Origin: an uncultured Chloroflexia bacterium | GTDB lineage: Bacteria > Chloroflexota > Chloroflexia > Thermomicrobiales > UBA6265 | Direction: 5' to 3' | Assembly: GCA_963724295.1 (NCBI GenBank) | Contig: CAVRUC010000001.1 | Location: 159,822 to 223,821, forward strand | DNA length: 64,000 nucleotides | Shown here: piece after piece, positions 19,001-27,718 of the stretch | Layout: every line of letters begins with the position of its first letter | Position numbering within the stretch: the stretch's first letter is position 1 | Position numbers and translations under genes: made by a program | The notes under the pieces: generated by a model | What the model saw: the letters and a program-made list of their open reading frames with translations, nothing else | Told to the model about the DNA's origin: nothing | Databases searched by the model: none

Positions 19001-20655
19001 GCGGAGACGGGAGACGGGCGCTCTAATCTGAACCAATAGAAGCTATGCGGACCGAATGTCAAGAAGTAGGGCAGCTCGCCAATCGGCGGGAACGGCGTCT
19101 CACCGATCAGCTCGATCGGTTGCCACCCGTTGTACGCGCTGAGATCGAGCTGCGATGGTTGCACGAACCTCGAGAGATTGACCACACACAGCAGCACTTC
19201 GTCCGCGTACGCGCGCACGTAGGCGAGCACCGTGCGATTGTCGGCGTTCAAGAATTCGAGCGATCCTCGGCCGAAGGCGCGATACCGCTTTCGGACACGG
19301 ATGATGCGGCGCATCCACTCCAGCAGCGAGGTCGGCAGCCGCTCCTGCGCCTCGACATTGACCGCCTGAAACCCATAGACCGGGTCGGCGATGACCGGCT
19401 CATACAGCCGCGCGGCATCGGCCCGGGAGAAGCCGGCGTTCCGGTCGCCTGACCATTGCATCGGGGTCCGCACCCCGTTGCGATCGCCGAGGAAAACGTT
19501 GTCCCCCATCCCCAGCTCGTCGCCGTAATAGAGCACCGGCGTGCCTGGCAGTGACAGCAGCAGCGAGTTCATGAGCTCGATCTTGCGGCGACTGTTCTCG
19601 AGCAGCGGCGCCAACCGGCGGCGAATACCGAGGTTGCGTCGCATCATTGAGTCTTTCGCGTACTCGGAATACATATAGTCGCGCTCTTCGTCGGTGACCA
19701 TCTCCAATGTCAGCTCGTCGTGGTTGCGCAGGAAGATCGCCCACTGCGCGTTCTCCGGAATAGGCGGCGTGCGGTTCATGATCTCGACGATCGGGATCCG
19801 GTCCTCGCGGCGGATGGCCATGAACATGCGCGGCATGACCGGGAAATGGAACGCCATGTGGAATTCCGGTTCTTCAGGTGTCCCGAAGTACTCGACGACG
19901 TCTTCCGGCCACTGGTTGGCCTCGGCGAGCAGGATCTTGCCCGGAAACTCCGTGTCGACCATCTGCCTCAGGCGCTGCAGGAACTCGTGTGTCTCGGGAA
20001 GGTTCTCGCAGATCGTTCCCTCCCGCTCGATGAGATACGGCACGGCATCACAGCGGAACCCGTCCAGACCCATGCCCAGCCAGTAGCGAACGATGTTCAG
20101 CATCTCTTCCTGGACGGCCGGGTTGTCGTAGTTGAGATCAGGCTGGTGGCTGAAGAAGCGATGCCAGAAGTAGAGACCGGCTTCCGGGTCATACGTCCAG
20201 TTCGAGACCTCGGTATCGATGAAGATGATGCGCGCGTCCGGGTAGCGGGTCGGGTCATCGCTCCAGACGAAGTAATCCCGATAGGGCGACTCCGGATCCT
20301 TGCGAGCTTCCTGAAACCAGGCATGCTGGTCAGAGGTGTGGTTGACGACCAGATCGGCGATGACCTTCAGCCCGCGCTCGTGCGCCGCGTCGAGCAGCGC
20401 CTTGAAATCCACAACGGTTCCGTAATCGTGGTGGATGCTCATGAAATCGGCGATGTCGTAACCGTCATCCTTGTACGGCGACGGATACATCGGCAAGAGC
20501 CAGATGCAATCGACGCCAAGCTGCTTGATGTAATCGAGTTTCTCGGTCATGCCCCGGAAGTCGCCGATCCCGTTGTTGTCGGAATCGAAGAACGATTTGA
20601 CGGGCGCTTCGTAAAACACCGCGTCCTTGAACCAGAGCGGGTCGCTACTCATCAT
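18997..20655 (-). CDS. treS: Trehalose synthase / maltose alpha-D-glucosyltransferase (GH13)
   Basis: [67 protein letters not shown]...[10 protein letters not shown]. Confidence 0.9.
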   Translation of the reverse strand: MMSSDPLWFKDAVFYEAPVKSFFDSDNNGIGDFRGMTEKLDYIKQLGVDCIWLLPMYPSPYKDDGYDIADFMSIHHDYGTVVDFKALLDAAHERGLKVIADLVVNHTSDQHAWFQEARKDPESPYRDYFVWSDDPTRYPDARIIFIDTEVSNWTYDPEAGLYFWHRFFSHQPDLNYDNPAVQEEMLNIVRYWLGMGLDGFRCDAVPYLIEREGTICENLPETHEFLQRLRQMVDTEFPGKILLAEANQWPEDVVEYFGTPEEPEFHMAFHFPVMPRMFMAIRREDRIPIVEIMNRTPPIPENAQWAIFLRNHDELTLEMVTDEERDYMYSEYAKDSMMRRNLGIRRRLAPLLENSRRKIELMNSLLLSLPGTPVLYYGDELGMGDNVFLGDRNGVRTPMQWSGDRNAGFSRADAARLYEPVIADPVYGFQAVNVEAQERLPTSLLEWMRRIIRVRKRYRAFGRGSLEFLNADNRTVLAYVRAYADEVLLCVVNLSRFVQPSQLDLSAYNGWQPIELIGETPFPPIGELPYFLTFGPHSFYWFRLERPSPVSA

Positions 20656-20817
20656 GCCTCCAGAGACGCCGGTCTCTCGCCCGCGCCATCACAACGTCAA
20701 CAGCGCGCATTATCCTCACCCGCGGCTCGGACGGCGAAGAGGTCAACGAAACCTGGCCAGCGCGATATCATGATGATGTGATGAACCTCCTGTGCCGGTC
20801 CGAAATGGCCGCTCACC

Positions 20818-21948
20818 ATGGGTAACCTGGTTGCCGGCCAGCCCGCGCTTCGTATCGAAACCGCGGTCTCGCTGCCGCTCGATTTGATCTCGGTCCTCTC
20901 CCTCATCTACCGCGCTGTCCTGGGCAGCGATCTCGACCCGTGGCTGGTCGAGGCGCGAGGCCGGCTCCCTGATCCCGTTCGCGCGGATCTCGATTTGCTG
21001 CACGGCTTCTCTGGCCGGCTCCTCTACTATCCCGAGGAACCGGTCATGCGCTTCGAACCGCTGCGTGCGGACCGGCTGGACGCGACCTTCGACGATTTGC
21101 TCGCGTTTATGGCCGGCATTCCCGCCAGCGAGTATCGCGAGATGGTTGGGCACGCGTTGCAGCGGGTCTACGCCGATCTCGAAATGCGCTGGCGGCCGCC
21201 GACCGACGAGGAATCGTGGTCCCGCGTGCTGGCTCCGGCACTTACGACAACGCCCCTCGCCGAGGTCCTGGCGCTCATCGCCGATCCCGAGCAGCTGAAG
21301 CGGCGGACCATCGCCCTCTACCAGGGCGTCTGGGAGGCGGTCTATCAGGAGGCGCGCGTGACCGAGCTGCCGATGCTGCGTGAAGCCGCCCTGCGGGGAG
21401 CGGCCTTCAGCGACCGGGGATTCTCCGAAGCCTACGCCGCCCTCACCGGTCAGCGCGTTCCGGAGGTCCTGGAGCGCCCGCCGGCGACGTTCACCCGGGT
21501 TGCGTTCTGCCCCTCCGCCCACCTCGGCGGCTTTGTCAGCTACATCGCGTACGAACCCGATCTCATCGTCTACTTTTCGGCGCCGCACTTCATCGATCGT
21601 TGCCGGGAGCGAGACGCGGCGCCCTCCCCGCCGCCTCCAAGCGATCGTTCGCCAGCCGGTGGCCAGGTCGATCTCCTCGACGCCGCCCGCGCCCTAGCCG
21701 ATCCAACGCGCCTGCGCATGCTCGACTTGTTGCTCGAAGGCGAGCTCTACGCCCAGGAGATCGTCGGTCGCCTGGGCGTCGCCCAATCGGCCGTATCGCG
21801 TCACCTTTCCCAGCTCGAGCGCGCGGGCCTGGTCACCGTTGAAGCACGACGCGGTTCGAAGTACTACGCGGTCAATCCCGCCCGCTTCGAGGCTGTAGCT
21901 TCGGCCCTGCAAGAGCGGAGCGCGAGAGCGAGAGCGCGCGTTTCGTAG
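20818..21948 (+). CDS. ArsR-family HTH transcriptional regulator with a long N-terminal domain
   Basis: C-terminal wHTH LADPTRLRMLDLLLEGELYAQEIVGRLGVAQSAVSRHLSQLERAGLVTVEARRGSKYYAVNP, preceded by about 280 aa of unknown function. It is divergent from treS. Confidence 0.8.
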   Translation: MGNLVAGQPALRIETAVSLPLDLISVLSLIYRAVLGSDLDPWLVEARGRLPDPVRADLDLLHGFSGRLLYYPEEPVMRFEPLRADRLDATFDDLLAFMAGIPASEYREMVGHALQRVYADLEMRWRPPTDEESWSRVLAPALTTTPLAEVLALIADPEQLKRRTIALYQGVWEAVYQEARVTELPMLREAALRGAAFSDRGFSEAYAALTGQRVPEVLERPPATFTRVAFCPSAHLGGFVSYIAYEPDLIVYFSAPHFIDRCRERDAAPSPPPPSDRSPAGGQVDLLDAARALADPTRLRMLDLLLEGELYAQEIVGRLGVAQSAVSRHLSQLERAGLVTVEARRGSKYYAVNPARFEAVASALQERSARARARVS

Positions 21949-22430
21949 CTGTCGCGACGCTGGGCAGATTGCACCGAGGAACCGGCGCGGGTATCCTTGC
22001 TCGCTACTGACCTCCTGTCGAGTGGTGCGCCAAGCGACGAAGCTTCGCACGGATTATGCGAGGCTCGGTGGGCGAGGTCCGGAACTCCGGACGAGAGCCC
22101 CGCTGGCGCATTGTGCGTTGGCGCTCAAAAACTCGACGCCTTGGGCGACGTTAGCCGGTCGCCCGGCAATACAACCCCATTTTCCTCAGTCAGGCGTTCG
22201 CCGCGGCGTCGACGAGACGCAGTCGGGGCGCACGCCTCCTCTTCTCTCCTCCCGAAGCTCGCTCCCCGATCGCGGGCGAGCCGGTAATCCTCGGCAGCGA
22301 TCGACCGAACGGCGGCACCCGGCGTCATGCCGGGTGCCATGCCGGCGGCGACACTTGACCGACCTTTCTGAGGCACCGTCGATCTCCGCCACCGACCGGC
22401 CTGGAACACCTCTGATTTATTGATATGTCC

Positions 22431-22985
22431 CTACGGGCTGAGGATGGCCTGCGGTCGCGACCGAAGTGGCTTCGGGCGAAACGTGCTTTGCACGCGCGCT
22501 CGCAGGACCGCGGCATCGCGGTCTCGCCCTGCCTGCGCATAGGCGTCAATCGCGGCCTCGTGTGCCGCCCGCTCCAATGTCCAGAACGCCGGCGTGCGAG
22601 TCAGGTCGAGCGCCGGGTCGAGCCTGGCGGCTTCCGCGAACGCGGCTCCGGCGGAAGCAAAGCGACGCTCCCGGCTCAAGGCCATGGCCCGCAGTGCGGC
22701 GGCGCGGGCCCGTCGCTCGTTGGCGGCCAGCGGCATCGAGCCATCAGGCAGTGCGGCCGGCACTGGCCCCTGATCCCGCGCCTCGGCGGTGGGACTCTCG
22801 CCCTCGCCCACGGCCGTGGCCACGAGCAGCGACTCCGTCGCGGCGTCGACTCCGCTCTGGATCAGTTCCGGCGCCGACTCGTGCAGCGGTTGTTCGACGG
22901 CCGGCATCGCGGCGCGAGTCGATCTGCCAGTCAGACGTTGCCAGGTCGCGTTGAGGCACATCACTGCCGGTTGGGAGATCATCAT
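22431..22985 (-). CDS. Hypothetical protein (Ala/Arg-rich, TPR-like C-terminal helices)
   Basis: The ORF is protein-like mainly in its C-terminal half (ANERRARAAALRAMALSRERRFASAGAAFAEAARLDPALDL). ATG 22985 (MMISQ) has GAGG about 9 nt upstream. Confidence 0.35.
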   Translation of the reverse strand: MMISQPAVMCLNATWQRLTGRSTRAAMPAVEQPLHESAPELIQSGVDAATESLLVATAVGEGESPTAEARDQGPVPAALPDGSMPLAANERRARAAALRAMALSRERRFASAGAAFAEAARLDPALDLTRTPAFWTLERAAHEAAIDAYAQAGRDRDAAVLRARVQSTFRPKPLRSRPQAILSP

Positions 22986-23197
22986 GGGGCGGCCTCGATT
23001 CGTCGGCTGTGCCAACGCGTCGCCGGTAGGCGGCGGGCTGGGTTTGCGCCGGTGCGGGGTCAGCGCCACATCGTGTCGATTGGGCGGGGATTCTGGTTAA
23101 GTCCAGAGATCGCATCGTACCATCGGGACCGTACGGACACAAGACCGGCTGTGACTGCCAGGCATGATCGACCCGGCCCGCGGAAGGGATACACGCG

Positions 23198-23989
23198 TTG
23201 ACCAACGGTCCGCAGACAGCTTCTTCCGGGGACCATGATCCAGCGGTCGCGGCACTCATCGAGATCGCCCGATCAGCGCGCGTCATCAGCGCGTTCACCG
23301 GCGCGGGGATCAGCACCGAGTCTGGCATTCCGGACTACCGGGGACCCGGAGGCGTCTGGGAGCGCAATGCCCCGCCGACCCTCAGCGACTTCCGCCAGAA
23401 CCCGGATACCCGCCGCCAATACTGGGATGAACGCCGCGAGCGATACCCGGCGCTGCGCGACACGCAACCAAATGCCGGACATCTGGCACTGGCTCGGTTG
23501 CAATCCTCGGGCCGCCTCTCGTACGTCATCACCCAGAACATCGACGGGTTGCATCAGAAGGCCGGCAGCGACCCCGAGCGCACCATTGAGCTGCACGGGA
23601 CGGCGCACCGGGTGCAATGTCTCGATTGCGGCGCGTCATGGCCGGCGGATCAGATCCAGGCCCGGCTCGAGCTCGAGCCACTGCCCACCTGCGAAATCTG
23701 CGGCGGAATGATCCGAGCCGCCACGGTCTTGTTCGGCCAGGCGATGCCCGAGGACGCGCTACGGCGAGCGTTCGCCGTCGCTCGCGCGACTGATCTGATG
23801 CTGGTCGTCGGCAGCTCGCTGGTCGTCCAACCCGCCGCTCGTTTACCGGAAATCGCGGTAGCCAGCGGATCCCGGCTGGCCATCATCAACAACGAACCAA
23901 CACCCCTGGACGGCCTGGCCGACATCGTCGTGCGCTCCAGCGCCGGCGCCGTCCTCAGCGCGCTCGCGGACGCCCTGCTCGACGAGTGA
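23198..23989 (+). CDS. cobB: NAD-dependent protein deacylase (Sir2 family)
   Basis: FTGAGISTESGIPDYRGPGGVWE...QNIDGLHQKAG...ELHG; Zn site CLDCG...CEICGG. TTG start. Confidence 0.9.
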   Translation: MTNGPQTASSGDHDPAVAALIEIARSARVISAFTGAGISTESGIPDYRGPGGVWERNAPPTLSDFRQNPDTRRQYWDERRERYPALRDTQPNAGHLALARLQSSGRLSYVITQNIDGLHQKAGSDPERTIELHGTAHRVQCLDCGASWPADQIQARLELEPLPTCEICGGMIRAATVLFGQAMPEDALRRAFAVARATDLMLVVGSSLVVQPAARLPEIAVASGSRLAIINNEPTPLDGLADIVVRSSAGAVLSALADALLDE

Positions 23990-23995
23990 TTGGGG

Positions 23996-24865
23996 TCACG
24001 ACGCCGCCGCGAGCTCCGGCTGGCAGACCGGGCAGTAGTACGTGCCGCGACCGCCTAGCTTGACCTTGATGATAGCCGTGCCGCACGTCGTGCAGGGCTC
24101 GTCTCGCCGCGCATGCACCGTCGGGAACCCATCACGGGGGTAGGCTCTGCCCCGCCGGATGGCGGCCCCACCTTGCTCGATACCGCGATCCAGCGCCCAA
24201 CCGATCGCCTCGTGCAACCGGGTGACCTCGTCCGGCTGCAAACTGTTCGCCGGTCTGCCAGGATGGATGCGGGCGCGGTGCAACGCCTCGTCGACGTAGA
24301 TATTGCCCAGACCCGCGACCACTCGCTGGTCCAGCAACGCTTGCTTGACCGCGATCCGGCGGCGTTGCAGGCGAGCGGCGAGGTCGTCGCGAGCGAACTC
24401 GGCGGTGCCGGTTCCTTCGGGTCCAAACCGGAATGTCCCGAGCGCGTCATCGACGGCATCGGTCGGCATCAAACGCCACCAGCCGAACTGCCGGATGTCG
24501 CTGTAGTAAGCGATGGTCTCCCCGAAGCGCAGCGTGAGGTGAGTCGCCTTGTGAGGAAACGGTCCTTCGGGATCGGGCACGGGATGACCCGCGATCGCTC
24601 TCGTACCGTCCGGCCGTAGCACCGCAAGCTGACCGGCCAACTTGAAGTGGGTCAGCACGCTCAACCCATCCGACCAGTGGGTGACCAGGACTTTGGCACG
24701 ACGATCGGTGCCGAGCAGGGTCCTCCCCACGAGCAGCCCCAGATCAGGCAACGGTGAGTCGCGAACGAGCTTCGGCAGTCTCAGCTCGAGACCCGTGAGC
24801 GTGCGCCCGGTCAGCTCGCGCTCGACGATTCTGCGGATGGTTTCGACTTCAGGTAGCTCGGGCAT
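23996..24865 (-). CDS. mutM: Formamidopyrimidine-DNA glycosylase / Nei family
   Basis: MPELPEVETIRRIV... from ATG 24865, with the C-terminal zinc finger CTTCGTAIIKVKLGGRGTYYCPVCQ. The track ORF extends 28 codons further upstream. Confidence 0.9.
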   Translation of the reverse strand: MPELPEVETIRRIVERELTGRTLTGLELRLPKLVRDSPLPDLGLLVGRTLLGTDRRAKVLVTHWSDGLSVLTHFKLAGQLAVLRPDGTRAIAGHPVPDPEGPFPHKATHLTLRFGETIAYYSDIRQFGWWRLMPTDAVDDALGTFRFGPEGTGTAEFARDDLAARLQRRRIAVKQALLDQRVVAGLGNIYVDEALHRARIHPGRPANSLQPDEVTRLHEAIGWALDRGIEQGGAAIRRGRAYPRDGFPTVHARRDEPCTTCGTAIIKVKLGGRGTYYCPVCQPELAAAS

Positions 24866-24909
24866 GCATTGGTCAGGGTCGCCACCTACCGGCTCGAACC
24901 CTGGCTGCC

Positions 24910-25209
24910 TTACGACATCTCGCTCCAGCGCGGCCGGGACTTTATCCACTGCACCGCGGAATGCCCGGCACGCACCATCTCGGCTTCGTTGTGCGAGGCG
25001 CTTTGCACCCGAGCCATGACATCCCAGGTTGCGTGCTTCGGATCCCGGTGACGCGCCTGATGAAGTACCTGGGGCGGTCCCAACAACCGCCCAACCGTCG
25101 AGTATTGAACCATCCAGCCCTCGCTCGTCAGGGTCAGCGTCACCTCCGCGCGGTCGCTCTTCCAGGTAAACGCGTCGCCGGCCGTGATGTCATACGGTCC
25201 CCCACCCAC
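24910..25209 (-). CDS. Hypothetical small protein
   Basis: 99-aa ORF with balanced, protein-like composition (DITAGDAFTWKSDRAEVTLTLTSEGWMVQYSTVGRLL). I recognise no family. Confidence 0.4.
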   Translation of the reverse strand: MGGGPYDITAGDAFTWKSDRAEVTLTLTSEGWMVQYSTVGRLLGPPQVLHQARHRDPKHATWDVMARVQSASHNEAEMVRAGHSAVQWIKSRPRWSEMS

Positions 25210-25452
25210 TGCTGTCCCGTCCCCTCACCAGCAGCGCGTCGCTGCGCCGAACGTTCGTCGGGCATTGTTTTGAGTCTCGCCGAGCGGGACTGGCCGTCCT
25301 CGAATTCGGACGAAGCAGAGGCCTCGCGCGGTGTCCCCCGGACCGCGACGGTCCCAGCCAACTCGATGCAGAAACCGCAGTTTAGCGCATTGCGAGGACT
25401 TCTTGTCACCCCATCCTCGAGGAGCGAAATTCACGAGCATTTTATCCCGAAA

Positions 25453-26607
25453 TCACGCTTGCGCAACCCGGGCGGCGCGAATGCGCTCGACGATCGGCGG
25501 GTGCGAGTAGAGCATCACGACCACCGGTCGCGGCGGATCCGGGTCCGCCAGACTCTGTGCCGCCAGCCCTTCCATGGCCCGGGCGTAAGCCGCGCCATCA
25601 CGCGTCAATTCGACCGCGAACCGGTCGGCACGCCGTTCCATGGCACGACTGAATGCCGCCTGCACAGGCATCAAGACCAGTCCAATCGCGGTCATGAGCA
25701 GGGCCAGCACTGGGAGCGAAGCCTCATCCGCGATGTCGTTGACCCCGGTTCGCCGCCGGGTCCGGAGGACCGCGAGCGGCCCGATCCGGGAGAGTAGCCA
25801 CGCCGTTCCGAATCCGGCCCCCGCTCCGAACCCGATCAGTCGCCAGATGTCGCCGTGGACCTGATGCCCCAGCTCGTGCGCGACCACCGCCTCGACTTCA
25901 TCCGAGGAGAACCCCGCCAGCAGCGTGTCGCCGAGCACGATCCGCTTGGTGTTGCCAAGCCCGGTGAACATGGCGTTCGGCTTCTCGCTCTGCCGGCTCA
26001 TGTCCATCTCGTAGACATCGCTGATCCGCACACCGCTGCGCGCCGCCAGGGACCGGATCCGCGCCGCCAGCGCCTCGTCGCGGAGGGGCTCGAACCGGTT
26101 GAACAGCGGCATCAACAGCACCGGAGCCAGATTGCTCAGCGCGACGGTCAGCGGCACCGACGCGCCGGCGATGATCAGCCACCAGTCCCGCGGCCGGCGC
26201 CGGATGACCGCGTACGCCGCCGTCAACAACGGGGTCTCCAGCAAGACGCCAAGCAGGAGGCCCTTTGCCTGGTCACCGAGCCAGCCGCCGGTCGATTGCC
26301 TGGTCAACCCGAAGCGCCGCTCCACCTGGTGACCGCCGAGGTAGGCGACCGGCAAGCTGGAGAGCCAGGAAAGTGCCATGGTCAACGCAAAGAACGCCGG
26401 CCGGGCCAGCCGCCGATCCCGCAGCCCACTCGCGACGGCGGCTTGCAGCCGCGCGGCCCGGCGATCCGACGCAAACCACGCTAACCGGGCCACGGTCCAG
26501 AGCGTCGAGAGCAGGAGCATGGCGAGCTTCGTCCGGCTGTAGCGCTTCGCCTTGGCCACGTCCAGACCCGGAATCTCGATCGGTTCCCGTTGGGCTTTCT
26601 TCATCAA
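25453..26607 (-). CDS. M48 family zinc metalloprotease (Ste24/HtpX-like)
   Basis: Multi-TM N-terminal half. HEXXH motif VVAHELGHQVHGD with downstream ...ERRADRFAVE. Confidence 0.85.
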   Translation of the reverse strand: MMKKAQREPIEIPGLDVAKAKRYSRTKLAMLLLSTLWTVARLAWFASDRRAARLQAAVASGLRDRRLARPAFFALTMALSWLSSLPVAYLGGHQVERRFGLTRQSTGGWLGDQAKGLLLGVLLETPLLTAAYAVIRRRPRDWWLIIAGASVPLTVALSNLAPVLLMPLFNRFEPLRDEALAARIRSLAARSGVRISDVYEMDMSRQSEKPNAMFTGLGNTKRIVLGDTLLAGFSSDEVEAVVAHELGHQVHGDIWRLIGFGAGAGFGTAWLLSRIGPLAVLRTRRRTGVNDIADEASLPVLALLMTAIGLVLMPVQAAFSRAMERRADRFAVELTRDGAAYARAMEGLAAQSLADPDPPRPVVVMLYSHPPIVERIRAARVAQA

Positions 26608-26638
26608 TTACACCATTCGAAGCTTTGTCGCGCGAACC

Positions 26639-27718
26639 TCATGGCAGCGGCGTTCCTACGGCAACAGGGCTCTCCAGGTCGAGCGGCTCGTACGGCGCGT
26701 AGCCGGTCAACTCGACGTAGCCGAGTCCGGCGACTGATCTGCCATGATGCGTTGCCGCGACGACGGCCTCCCCCTCCCAATAGATCACCCCGGTCGTCGC
26801 CCGCGTGTCCAGCTCCTGATCAGGGAGCGACGGCGTGATCGTCATGGCCAGCTCGTGGTCCGGAACGGCGATGGTCCAACCCGACGGATACGTGGTGCCG
26901 GTTTGCGGACTCGTCCACTCCCCATCCGCGGTAACGACGAAATCGCCTTCACCGAGAACGGAGAGCTCGCCATCGGAGCTAACGATCGAGCCGTCGACGC
27001 GCAGAGTCCGGCCCTTGGCATCGCGAATCAGGTAAAGCATCGCGTCCGTCCCATCCTCGAGCTGGACCGAAAACCAGTCCCACCCGCCCTCCTGGTAGGT
27101 CGCGAAGTCTCCCCACTGATGGTCCATCCAGGCCTCGCCGGTAACCTGCTGCCAGCCCTGTCCGAGATCGAGCGCGCCGGTGACATCCATCCGCGTCCAG
27201 GAGTAGTAGTACGACGCGGTGCCATTGCCGTAGTCGATGTAGCCGTCTCCGTCGTGCAGCGCGGCCGGTTTCGTCGCATCGACGTCGAGGCGCATGGCAT
27301 AGCCAGGCATGTCGGCCGCCAGCGCGAACTGGCCGTCGCCGCCCCGCATCGTCCATCCATTCAGGTCGAGGTCGAGGACCGCGGCTTCGCCCACGACTCC
27401 GGCTGCGCCGCGCAGACGCTGGTCGTAGCGGAAGCGCTGGCGCGGGTTGTCCGTGATCGCGAAGTGGGACACGTACCCTTCGAGATCGTCGCTCCGGGCG
27501 CGAAAGGTGACGTACTCGAATCCGTAGCGGTCGCCTTCCTCGGTGAAGAGGTGCCCGGTGAAGTACCACCACTCCACATCGACGTCATGCGGCCCGTCAT
27601 CACGCGGAAAGGCGACCGGGACCGGCGCATCGGACGCGACCGGGGTTCCCGGCCATTGGTGAGCCGCGGCGGCCGGCGCCGAAAGCGCGAGCATCAGCAG
27701 GCACGCCAGCAGCCTCAC
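26639..27718 (-). CDS. AttH / CrtC-like lipocalin-domain protein (secreted)
   Basis: FPRDDGPHDVDVEWWYFTGHLFTEEGDRYGFEYVTFRA...WMDHQWGDF. GTG 27718 gives the signal peptide VRLLACLLMLALSAPAAAA and overlaps the MMPL stop (GTGA). Confidence 0.7.
   Translation of the reverse strand: MRLLACLLMLALSAPAAAAHQWPGTPVASDAPVPVAFPRDDGPHDVDVEWWYFTGHLFTEEGDRYGFEYVTFRARSDDLEGYVSHFAITDNPRQRFRYDQRLRGAAGVVGEAAVLDLDLNGWTMRGGDGQFALAADMPGYAMRLDVDATKPAALHDGDGYIDYGNGTASYYYSWTRMDVTGALDLGQGWQQVTGEAWMDHQWGDFATYQEGGWDWFSVQLEDGTDAMLYLIRDAKGRTLRVDGSIVSSDGELSVLGEGDFVVTADGEWTSPQTGTTYPSGWTIAVPDHELAMTITPSLPDQELDTRATTGVIYWEGEAVVAATHHGRSVAGLGYVELTGYAPYEPLDLESPVAVGTPLP

Noticed and set aside
21949-22430. 480-nt gap after the ArsR-type gene, scanned for a tRNA, a small RNA or a missed gene. 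It includes a perfect 10-bp hairpin, GGCACCCGGC-GTCAT-GCCGGGTGCC, at 22314-22338.
   Set aside because: No cloverleaf-compatible sequence is present and no T-run follows the hairpin on either strand. All ORFs there have nonsense composition. It is left unannotated.
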